NCBI GenBank assembly: GCA_020184695.1
Contig: JAANOX010000098.1
Location: forward strand, 248,001-312,000
Reading direction: 5' to 3'
DNA from: Histomonas meleagridis 2922-C6/04-290x
Lineage: Eukaryota > Protista > Parabasalia
DNA: 64,000 nt
Shown piece after piece: positions 55,273-64,000 of this stretch. The position numbers and the translations under genes are program-made. The notes under the pieces are model-generated. The model was not told the DNA's origin. It was given only the letters and a program-made list of their open reading frames with translations, and ran no database searches. The number at the start of each line of letters is the position of its first letter. Position 1 is the stretch's first letter.

Positions 55273-55689
55273 ATGGCTCGTACAAAACAAACAGCACGTA
55301 AATCTACCGGTGGTAAGACTCCACGCAAGTCACTCGGTGCTAAGGCAGCTCGTAAGTCAACACCAGTTGTTGATTCACAAGGTGCTAAGAAACAACATCG
55401 TTTCAGACCAGGTACTGTTGCTCTTCGTGAAATCCGTAAATATCAAAAGAGCACAGATCTTTTAATCCGTAAGCTTCCATTCCAACGTCTTGTTCGTGAA
55501 ATTGCATCTGGATTCCGTGGTGATCTTCGTTTCCAATCATCAGCAATTGCAGCTCTTCAAGAAGCATCCGAAGCTTACCTTGTTGGTCTCTTTGAAGATA
55601 CAAACCTTTGTGCTATACATGCAAATCGTGTTACAATTATGGAACGTGATGTTCAACTTGCACAAAGAATTCGTGGTGAACGTAACTAA
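55273..55689 (+). CDS. H3: Histone H3 (parabasalid-type tail)
   Basis: [76 protein letters not shown]. The stop forms TAAA, the trichomonad poly(A) signal. Confidence 0.98.
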   Translation: MARTKQTARKSTGGKTPRKSLGAKAARKSTPVVDSQGAKKQHRFRPGTVALREIRKYQKSTDLLIRKLPFQRLVREIASGFRGDLRFQSSAIAALQEASEAYLVGLFEDTNLCAIHANRVTIMERDVQLAQRIRGERN

Positions 55690-55884
55690 AAGAATAACCA
55701 ATTAATCTTTATTTAATGAGATTTTAAACAAAGGTGATTTTTGAGGCTTTTTGACGCCTAAAAATTTTGTTTCTTGTTTTTGATTGAAAAAGGTTTGTGT
55801 ACAAAATTTTGAGAGAGTTATTTTTGGCAAGGCCGTTCAAAACTGATTAAATTCAGATCCCATAGGTGTATCGTTCTGTTCAAC

Positions 55885-58800
55885 ATGAAATTTCTGAATA
55901 GTTTTCAAAAAAAAACTTTTTCTTCAAGTAAACTATTCAAGTTCATTATGAGCAATGCCTTTCTATCGCACACAGCACCAGTGATTGAACGGATTGAACA
56001 GCTGCAAAAACTTGAAATGTCGACATCAATTCATTGTTCTAAAGCCAACTCTCTTATTCGGACTTTTAATTTACTTCCACCATTTTTGTCAATATCACCA
56101 CCAAATTTCAAAGTTAACCATAAATTCATTGACGCCATGAACTCTATTGTTAGTTCAATTGACCATTTAATTCAACTTTGCATTCAATGTAATCGTGAAT
56201 CATGTTTTCAATTTATCTTAATGACTTCTTTACACGAAGTTTTTGATCAATTTTTAGAGATACGACAAAAAGTTATTGCTGATCTTAGGTCAATAGGTTT
56301 TGATTCTGCCGCAGATTTATTTAAATTATCACCAGACGAATTATTATCACAAGATCAAGTTGACCTAAAGTTAATTGGTATTTTTATGATGCAAATGCGT
56401 TCCAGGAACGATGTTGTACGAAGACCAGATATCAAAGAAAAAATCAATGATCGTTTAAAATCAATTCAAAGAAAAGGCGTCAAAATAGAAACTGATGAGA
56501 CAGACCTAGGTGGTATCCTTACAGTTCCTTCTCTTCCTCCCAATTTAAATCTTGTCTTAGAACATGAACAACTAGTATTTGGAGATTCCATTGGAAGTGG
56601 TCGAAGTGGTCGCGTTTTTAAAGGCAAAATTAGTGGCAGTTCACAAGTCGTTGCTATCAAAGTTCTTCATTGCAGACAACTCTCGCCAAGCGAACTTGAA
56701 ATGTTTTGCAGAGAGATTTTCACCCTATCGACTTTGAACCACCCCTCGATATTGAAACTTTTAGGGTACACCAATCAACCGCCGTTTTGTTTGGTGACTG
56801 AACTCCTTTCAAACGGTTCACTTTTCCAATTCCTTAAATCTCATCCAGACGAATTAACACCTACAGATAGAACAGCTATCGCGATTGACGTTGCAAGAGG
56901 CATGAGTTACATGCATCAAAGAAATATTATTCATCGGGATTTGAAAAGTTTAAATATTTTACTTGATGATAATAAAAGAGCTAGAATATGTGACTTCGGA
57001 CTTGTTAGACTTAAGTCATATGCTCCAATGACAGGATTAATTGGTACAACTCAATGGATGGCACCAGAAATTTTAATGTGCTCAACTTCTTATGATGTTG
57101 CAGCTGATGTTTATTCTTTTGGAATTGTTCTCTGGGAACTTCTTACTGGTGAAATTCCTTATAAAGATGTAACAACAGGAAATTTACCATATCTTGTTGT
57201 TCAAGAAGGTCTTCGTCCAACAATTCCTAGTGGAACACCCAAAGATCTAGAGAATCTTATTACATCATGTTGGTCGCAAGATCCCAAGAAAAGGCCACCA
57301 TTTTCATTAATTGTCAAACTTTTTAACAATCCCAAATATCACTTTCCAGGCACTAATGCAGATGCTCTTTGGGCTCGTATTGGTGGTAAAAAACGAAAAA
57401 CACCTTCAGCAAGTGATCCATTAAAATTCTTTGATAATCAAAAACGTCTCAATCAATATGAAAAGAACAATCTATGGATTCCTGTTAGCCAAGTTGATCA
57501 TGTATTAATGAAATTTACAGAAGCTATTCGCACATCTAATTACCTATCAATCGACCGTTATCTAACCGATGTCAGAGCTCTTGGCAAAAGCGGTTTGTTA
57601 ACGTCCACCGACTTTATACCGAAAGTTATTGAATTAATTCGAAGTACCACCGATAATCAATGCCAACTAAAAATCCTCAAAATGTTATCAGAGTTATTAA
57701 TTAACAAAGTATTATTTGAACAATTTATTAATTCCGATGGCTTACATCTCTTATATGATTTAATGCGTCGTGGTAACAAAGATATTGCAGAAGCATCATT
57801 AATAATATGTGCAGATCATATCCAATCGGAAATTATCTCAGTCGATTTAATCAAGGCATTGTTGGTCTTTAATGGAGCTACAAGTGAAGGCACACGATTA
57901 CTTGCATTAACATCATTGTTCAAAGTTATTGACTTGAAATTTGATTTCTTATGCTCAATGCCAACATTTATATATCATTTGTTATTGTTTTCTGTTAAGC
58001 CATTATCAATTAAAGTATTTGAGAAACTATTAACTATAGTATCGCGATTCCTCGATCATATTAAGTCATTTCCAGAAGACGTATTGTCACAACTTATATG
58101 GCTACAAACTAATGTGCCACAAGAACTTAAATCATTAGCAATTGAATGCTTAACTAAGTCATTAAAGTTCCATAACGCACGTGAACAATTCCCTTCTTAT
58201 TTCTGGGAGAAAGTTGTTACCTCTATATCTGATTTTAATATGTATTTACCTATATATCAATCATTCGTGAATTATTTGCCGCAGAAATATCATGAATTAT
58301 TGATTAGTTTACGCGTGTTTGCCAAAGAAGATATAAACGCACTCAATTTGCTCGTTGAATTCTCTAAAAATTTGAGATGTGCTAAATTCATCTCGACTCA
58401 GTTGCCAATTCAAAATTTGCATTCGCCGGCACTTTTGTTTCAATTGTATTCAAACATCTCAAAAATTGAAGGAGTCAGCTTAATTATCGGCCAAGAAACC
58501 GAATTTTATATCGTGTGTAAACTTGTCATTTCTTCAAAGTTCAATTCACAAGCTTGTCAATTAATTCGCAGGGTAGAACTTAGCCCTGTTTTACTTGTCG
58601 ATACGGGTTTGTTGGCTCAAATTGTGGGATTATTCAATATTTCAAACGACACCGATGAAATTTTCAATTTAATGTCGGTTATGTATACAATTTCATTGAA
58701 TCGATATTTTCAATTGTTTTCGTTCGTTGTGCCGAAAATGATTTCACTACTTTACGATAGCAAAGAATCAATTGATGCGGTGCCGAGTTTGAAGGAAGGA

Positions 58801-59121
58801 GCTTTCTTGTGTTTGGTAAACTTCTCAGCAAATGCGGATGAAATAGATAAGTTTAAGTTAATGAAAGAGACAGCAAAGTTCGTATGCAATTCGAAAGAAT
58901 CAATTCAAACAATTTGCGTAAATTTTGCGAAAAAATATTTGAAGAAATTGACTGATGAAGAAATGAAAGTAGTTGCAAAGATATTTGTGGAAGAATATAA
59001 TGACAAAAAGAGTTCGCATAAGGTAATCGAATTCGCAAATTGCGTTTACTCGGCGACAAAGGATAAGCCAAATATGGATATGCAAGTGCTGATGACTCTG
59101 CACAAGATGTTAAAGAAGTGA
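55885..59121 (+). CDS. TKL-family protein kinase with C-terminal ARM/HEAT-like helical region
   Basis: IGSGRSGRVFKG, VAIK, HRDLKSLNILL, DFG, GTTQWMAPE, DVYSFGIVLWELLT. Start may be Met 55948. Confidence 0.92.
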   Translation: MKFLNSFQKKTFSSSKLFKFIMSNAFLSHTAPVIERIEQLQKLEMSTSIHCSKANSLIRTFNLLPPFLSISPPNFKVNHKFIDAMNSIVSSIDHLIQLCIQCNRESCFQFILMTSLHEVFDQFLEIRQKVIADLRSIGFDSAADLFKLSPDELLSQDQVDLKLIGIFMMQMRSRNDVVRRPDIKEKINDRLKSIQRKGVKIETDETDLGGILTVPSLPPNLNLVLEHEQLVFGDSIGSGRSGRVFKGKISGSSQVVAIKVLHCRQLSPSELEMFCREIFTLSTLNHPSILKLLGYTNQPPFCLVTELLSNGSLFQFLKSHPDELTPTDRTAIAIDVARGMSYMHQRNIIHRDLKSLNILLDDNKRARICDFGLVRLKSYAPMTGLIGTTQWMAPEILMCSTSYDVAADVYSFGIVLWELLTGEIPYKDVTTGNLPYLVVQEGLRPTIPSGTPKDLENLITSCWSQDPKKRPPFSLIVKLFNNPKYHFPGTNADALWARIGGKKRKTPSASDPLKFFDNQKRLNQYEKNNLWIPVSQVDHVLMKFTEAIRTSNYLSIDRYLTDVRALGKSGLLTSTDFIPKVIELIRSTTDNQCQLKILKMLSELLINKVLFEQFINSDGLHLLYDLMRRGNKDIAEASLIICADHIQSEIISVDLIKALLVFNGATSEGTRLLALTSLFKVIDLKFDFLCSMPTFIYHLLLFSVKPLSIKVFEKLLTIVSRFLDHIKSFPEDVLSQLIWLQTNVPQELKSLAIECLTKSLKFHNAREQFPSYFWEKVVTSISDFNMYLPIYQSFVNYLPQKYHELLISLRVFAKEDINALNLLVEFSKNLRCAKFISTQLPIQNLHSPALLFQLYSNISKIEGVSLIIGQETEFYIVCKLVISSKFNSQACQLIRRVELSPVLLVDTGLLAQIVGLFNISNDTDEIFNLMSVMYTISLNRYFQLFSFVVPKMISLLYDSKESIDAVPSLKEGAFLCLVNFSANADEIDKFKLMKETAKFVCNSKESIQTICVNFAKKYLKKLTDEEMKVVAKIFVEEYNDKKSSHKVIEFANCVYSATKDKPNMDMQVLMTLHKMLKK

Positions 59122-59885
59122 TTTTCGTTGTTTTGTTATTATAGAATAAAGATTTTGTGTTTTAATTTTTTTATTGACTAAATGTTTTATGAAGAAAAGG
59201 GAAAACATTTGCAGAAGAATGAAAAGTGAAAATTTTTTAAATAAAAAAATTATTCATAAATTGTGCTTTAAAGCAAACAAATTTAACCATTTCGTTATTT
59301 AATACCTTTGTTTTGTGCAAACAAAGAAATTTTATTGTAATAAATAACTAATATTTATATTCCATATGAAGATAGCTTGTCATTAAGGGTAGTGCTGCAA
59401 TAATTTCGAATAATCAGCTTGGTGGTTAAATGCCGATTGTTTTCACAAATTCAAATATCTCACTAAAAATCGAATATAGTTCATCAGAAACATCTTTAAA
59501 TATGATTATTTTTGATGTTCTTTCTAATTATAAAAAAATATTATTATTCATAAACCTTTTATTTCTAAAGGAAATTCGAGTGATTATTCCAATTTTTTAT
59601 CTAATGAAACACATCAATACCATTATAATTGCTTTATTTGCACCACATTAATTTTGATTTGGGTTCTCATTCTCAATATAATTAATCAATTGCACAAAAA
59701 TAGAACATTCGAATGTTCGAAAAGTGGTCTTATATCTGGTCGGCCTCAAGGGCACCGACACTTTTTGTTTACCCAAAATTTAGAGGACTGCCCCAATAAC
59801 TGCCGTCGATACGATAGGAGCTAACTCCAAGTTTTGTAAATCACTGAAAACACATCGCAAAATTTTAAATTATATTGCAATAAAG

Positions 59886-60842
59886 ATGTTTCTTTTCTTG
59901 TTCACTTTGTCACTTAGTGATACTATAAATATTGGTGATCAAAAATTTGGTTCATTACTAATTCATTCAAATGATCAAATACTTACAAATTTCGAAGATG
60001 GACATGAATTATTTTTAATGTTTTCTGAAAATATGCAAAAACATATCAAGTTTACTATTGCAAAGAATGATTCACGTACTTATACACCAAATATGATTGA
60101 CAATGCTTATGCTTTTTCATTTATAGAAAATACATCAATAGAATTCATAAATTACAATAATTCTGTCTACCTCCAATACTGGGTTATTCCTTCTACCATC
60201 TGTCCCACCCATGCGCTTTTTTTCATGGCAGGTAAAGAGATCAAATACAAGTTTGATGCTAAAGATGATTCTTTTTTACTTTGTCTTTTCTCACCTTTAA
60301 GTAATCTCCATAAAGTCGAGCTTGAATTTGGTTTTACATCTGTTGAAGGCACTGCAATCTCTTCACTTTACACATCTCGTTCAACATCCACTCCAACGCG
60401 TACGTGTCGCAAGCGAAAATGTGAAGCTGATGTCACCAGCTCATTTTTCATTGCTTATAATAAGAGTGGGTCAGGTGGAAGTCTTTATTTCGAGCGCGAG
60501 AATGATGACGATGACGAAGAAATTCGCGATGAATATTATTCTAAGTGTGAGCACTCGTTCTTTGCTCACGTTGGTTATGATGACGGAGTTTCCGTTCAAG
60601 CGCTCGAAGGCGAAGAAGCGAAATACAAATGCAAACAAGCGAAAAGTGACAAAGATAAAAAAGTTGATGAATACGAGCCAATAATATTTATTGGGCTCTC
60701 AGTGATAATATTAGTTGCGGTAGTTGTGTTCTCTGTAATTATATTAAGAAAATGTATGTCAAGAAGAAAGAACTATAGTATGAAAATCGATAATGAAGAT
60801 GAAGACGATGACGAATACCAACAAGTGTTGATAAATCTTTAG
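59886..60842 (+). CDS. Type I single-pass membrane protein (signal peptide, ectodomain, TM, short acidic tail)
   Basis: N-terminal MFLFLFTLSLS; TM IIFIGLSVIILVAVVVFSVIIL followed by RKCMSRRK. Confidence 0.85.
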   Translation: MFLFLFTLSLSDTINIGDQKFGSLLIHSNDQILTNFEDGHELFLMFSENMQKHIKFTIAKNDSRTYTPNMIDNAYAFSFIENTSIEFINYNNSVYLQYWVIPSTICPTHALFFMAGKEIKYKFDAKDDSFLLCLFSPLSNLHKVELEFGFTSVEGTAISSLYTSRSTSTPTRTCRKRKCEADVTSSFFIAYNKSGSGGSLYFERENDDDDEEIRDEYYSKCEHSFFAHVGYDDGVSVQALEGEEAKYKCKQAKSDKDKKVDEYEPIIFIGLSVIILVAVVVFSVIILRKCMSRRKNYSMKIDNEDEDDDEYQQVLINL

Positions 60843-61073
60843 CTGAGAAAACTTTTGATTTTAACTGTTTAATTTGATTTTAATTAAAATTCAGATTTGT
60901 TTTTGTCATTGGCTCATGTTCATGTAATTTGAAATTGAATGATCTCATAGAAATTATTACGTGGTTTATATTGCTTTGAAAATAAAAAATTTGATAACAT
61001 GATTTAAAAAGTGACTGTTTAAACACAATTGCAATTCACCATATAGAAAATCGAAGTGAAAATTTAGTTAGAT

Positions 61074-61673
61074 TCAGCATTTGCAAGGATTGTCTTGCTT
61101 AGTGTTTTCTTCTGGCTTGAAAGGTGACGTTTTTGGAACAGAAGATGACTGTATTTGACCAGTACTTACACGATTTGCAATTTCGTAAGCTAATCTTGTG
61201 AAAGATTCCATGACATTTTGACCTGATAAGGCAGATGTTTCCAAGTACTCAAGGTGGTGCTTTTCACCAAAATCTTTGGCTTGCTGAGTTCCAACTTCTC
61301 TTTTATCTTCAAGATCAACTTTATTTCCTACAAGAATAATGTAGGCATTTGGATTGCAAAGTTGCTGAAGGTCTTGAAGCCAATTTTCGAGATCATCAAA
61401 TGAACTCTCGCTAGTGATATCGAATACTAGAACAGCACCAACAGCATTTCTAAAATATGCTTTGGAAACAGACCTGAATCTTTCCTGTCCAGCAGTGTCC
61501 CATATTTGAAGTTTAACTGGTTGATTATCCTGTGTTTGACATGTAAAAGATTTAAACTCAACACCAACTGTACTTTGTCCTTCTTCCCTAAATGTACCAT
61601 CAACAAGTCTTTGAACAAGAGCTGATTTTCCAACACCTGATGCACCAACAACAACAATCTTGTAGCTAGACAT
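61074..61673 (-). CDS. Rab family small GTPase
   Basis: GASGVGKS, TVGVEF, WDTAGQERFR, GNKVDL, ETSA; C-terminal CKC (CXC prenylation). Confidence 0.96.
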   Translation of the reverse strand: MSSYKIVVVGASGVGKSALVQRLVDGTFREEGQSTVGVEFKSFTCQTQDNQPVKLQIWDTAGQERFRSVSKAYFRNAVGAVLVFDITSESSFDDLENWLQDLQQLCNPNAYIILVGNKVDLEDKREVGTQQAKDFGEKHHLEYLETSALSGQNVMESFTRLAYEIANRVSTGQIQSSSVPKTSPFKPEENTKQDNPCKC

Positions 61674-62031
61674 TTTGTCGTGTAAATAATTGAATTATAG
61701 ACACTTTTTGATCATTTAACGACCTACTAATTGGGCAGATAATAAAAATTTTAAGTTAAGAATTTCTCTGTATCTCATTTGTAAACTTGGTGGTTTTTTA
61801 AACACATTTTTGTGTTCAATTAACTTTAAGTTTGAGAGGGGAAAAAACCATTTTATTAAGCAATGATTACAATGCTTATTTTGCAAAACTTAAGTACATC
61901 AAAATATTTTCAAAAACAGTATTTTAGATGAGAGATTGTTGGAAAGAATTAAAAAAATAAAATTATTTCTGTCTTGGAAGACAAACAACTGTTTCATTCC
62001 GAACGGACTTTGTTAAAAAAAATCGTCATTT

Positions 62032-62039
62032 TACGGTTA
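62032..62039 (+). promoter_or_regulatory. M3-like motif (TACGGTTA)
   Basis: Consensus match upstream of ATGs 62094 and 62115. Confidence 0.4.
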
Positions 62040-62114
62040 TAATACGAGCAACTCAAATATTACCAATATTAATTGAATTTCGTCGATTGTGTTATGTTCA
62101 TAAAAAAATTGCAC

Positions 62115-63638
62115 ATGTTTTCGATTTTACTAGCTATAACATATTCCATTGAATCGCTTGGAATTGATCAACTCCCTGAATTATTTGCAAGTGTTGATAT
62201 AAGTATTGGAAAAGCAACAGTCGACTATCCTCTTGTGGATAATTTATACAAAAGTTTAAATAATCAAGATAAAGAACCAGATGTAATTCAAATTAATGCA
62301 AATAAAAAAAATTTATTCATGCCTAATAGCTTATTGCTTTCATACACAAATTCATGGGAACCAGGTGATACAATTGGTGTATTTATAAAAGGAAATATAT
62401 CCAATGTTCCATTTACCACGACATCAAATAGTTTTTTTAATTCATCAAAAAAGTATAGATTTGTTTATGGTACATTATTAGATGTATATTGCTATTATCC
62501 ATATAATTTAAAAGCAAATTTTTCGGAGTTGTTAGTTCAAGATACAAGCAATCAAAATTTGATGAATCAAAAAAAATTCGATTTTATGCAAGGACAAAAA
62601 CTTTCCTGGATGGAACCGCCTGGATACCAGTATTGTAGCTTGGCACTTACGCATAAAATGACATTCTTAAATTTAAACATACATGGTAATTCCATATTCA
62701 ACACAAAATTTTCTTCAGTTCAATCAATTTTTATAAATGGAATAAAACATAATGGAACATTTGATATATTTAATGGAACAGCATACATTAATAATGGAAC
62801 GCTTCCGCTTGAAAATTGGAACATTACGAAACTTTGTAATTTTAACGATACCGAAACAATTGACTGCGAAATGGTATTATTTCCACAAACATTTGAAGAA
62901 GCAATTGAATTAATTATTATAGCATCTGAGAAAACTTATAATATAACACTTCCAATTGAGGAATTACAATCAGGTTATTCATATACATATTACTATGATT
63001 TAAACCTTAGCACCAATACATTCACGCAGAGTAATACATTAACAAACAGTAATACGTTCGCACAAAGTAATACATTCACGCAGAGTAATACATTTTCACG
63101 TAGTAATTCATTTAGTAAATCAAATACATATTTACAGAGTGATGCATATGGAAACATAACATATTCCATTACATTATCAGCATTTACAATTGCAGAGACA
63201 TTTATTATCGATAATTCATTTCTAACGAATTCGTATTCTTTAACATATATAAATTTAACATATATTTTTACGCAAATGGAATTTATTTATTACGAATATA
63301 CAATTATTCAATATACTATATATCATTCATATTATTTAAAATATTATTTTAATATCGAAACGAATGATGTCTCCAACCAAAATGATAATCAAACGACAGT
63401 TATTGTTGTTTCTGTTGTTTGTGTTATTATTGTCGTATTAATTATATTATTAATTATTGTTTTATTAATTCGTAAACGAAATTCCAAAGAAAACGAAACA
63501 AATTCCGAAAATGAACTTACAAAATCAGAAGAAACTGAAAATGCAAATAATTTCTCAGCAGGAATCAACATTCCGCATGTTGAAGAAGATCCATTTGCTA
63601 AAGATTTCAAGGAAGATAACATCATTGATCACATTTAA
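62115..63638 (+). CDS. Surface protein: signal peptide + fimbrillin/Mfa-like domain + FTQSNTF stalk + TM + acidic DPF tail
   Basis: MFSILLAITYS; WEPGDTIGVF..SNVPF..DVYCYYPYN..QDTSNQ..DFMQG..LALTHKMTFLNLNI..VLFPQT..LQSGYSYTYYYDL; repeats (F/L)TQSNT; TM VIVVSVVCVIIVVLIILLIIVLLI; tail EEDPFAKDFKED. Confidence 0.85.
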   Translation: MFSILLAITYSIESLGIDQLPELFASVDISIGKATVDYPLVDNLYKSLNNQDKEPDVIQINANKKNLFMPNSLLLSYTNSWEPGDTIGVFIKGNISNVPFTTTSNSFFNSSKKYRFVYGTLLDVYCYYPYNLKANFSELLVQDTSNQNLMNQKKFDFMQGQKLSWMEPPGYQYCSLALTHKMTFLNLNIHGNSIFNTKFSSVQSIFINGIKHNGTFDIFNGTAYINNGTLPLENWNITKLCNFNDTETIDCEMVLFPQTFEEAIELIIIASEKTYNITLPIEELQSGYSYTYYYDLNLSTNTFTQSNTLTNSNTFAQSNTFTQSNTFSRSNSFSKSNTYLQSDAYGNITYSITLSAFTIAETFIIDNSFLTNSYSLTYINLTYIFTQMEFIYYEYTIIQYTIYHSYYLKYYFNIETNDVSNQNDNQTTVIVVSVVCVIIVVLIILLIIVLLIRKRNSKENETNSENELTKSEETENANNFSAGINIPHVEEDPFAKDFKEDNIIDHI

Positions 63639-64000
63639 TTAAATATTATATATATGTATATGTCATTTAGCGATGTTTCATGATGCTCAATGTTTTTTAT
63701 ATGAGAAAACAAAGCATTTCATGGAAATATCTGTTTTTGGCGTTTACGTAATGATTTTGAATACATTTTCATATTTAGTAAATAAAATATATAAATTTGT
63801 GATTATATTTCAATAAAGAATTTCATTTGAAATTTTCATTTGGTTAAATTAAGATGAAAAAAAAATTGAAAAAAGTTTTCTTGAAATTTTTTTATAGAAA
63901 CATTTACATTTTATCAATTATTTATTCTTTTTCATGAAGTATTTCATATATTTTATCATCATAATTTTCTGCTGCATACATAATTGCTGTCCAAAATATG

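Noticed and set aside
59405-59450. tRNA-like AGCTTGGTGGTTAAA D-loop motif
   Set aside because: No T-loop (GTTCRA), acceptor stem or cloverleaf.
59703-59718. Heat-shock element
   Set aside because: The spacing lacks the 2-nt gap between TTC and GAA required for nGAAn arrays.
59735-59820. Resemblance to the tracrRNA/sgRNA 3' end or to U4 snRNA (CCCAATAACTGCCG)
   Set aside because: Only short matches; the pairing partner and Sm-site geometry of U4 are missing. Kept only as a generic ncRNA candidate.

Overview
Very AT-rich, gene-dense eukaryotic window using the standard code. It is almost certainly from a parabasalid (Tritrichomonas/Histomonas-like), judged from the trichomonad-type histone H3 tail, DUF3447-ankyrin genes, a bacterial-type Fe-ADH and M3/Inr-like promoter motifs. 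Housekeeping genes: IFT dynein heavy chain (partial, missing from the ORF track), mucolipin-like channel, importin-beta, Sel1-repeat protein, HELQ-like helicase, NIF phosphatase, VPS13, H3, TKL kinase and Rab. Main discovery: six dispersed ankyrin-repeat loci, four of them long DUF3447-ankyrin genes, in which every canonical ankyrin repeat is interrupted at the same point (the beta-hairpin, between ...N-A-K-D-I and F-x-T-A-L...) by an AT-rich spacer. The spacers lack GT-AG ends, are mostly 51/71/91 nt, and always add a stop or frameshift. The coding modules between them are exactly 99 nt and keep clean ankyrin consensus. This points to an uncharacterised non-canonical intron, bypass or excision system whose mechanism cannot be resolved from sequence alone. 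Second highlight: a Bacteroidetes fimbrillin (Mfa-like) domain fused to a trichomonad stalk, TM helix and tail. All family assignments are from motif recognition by eye; no database searches were run.
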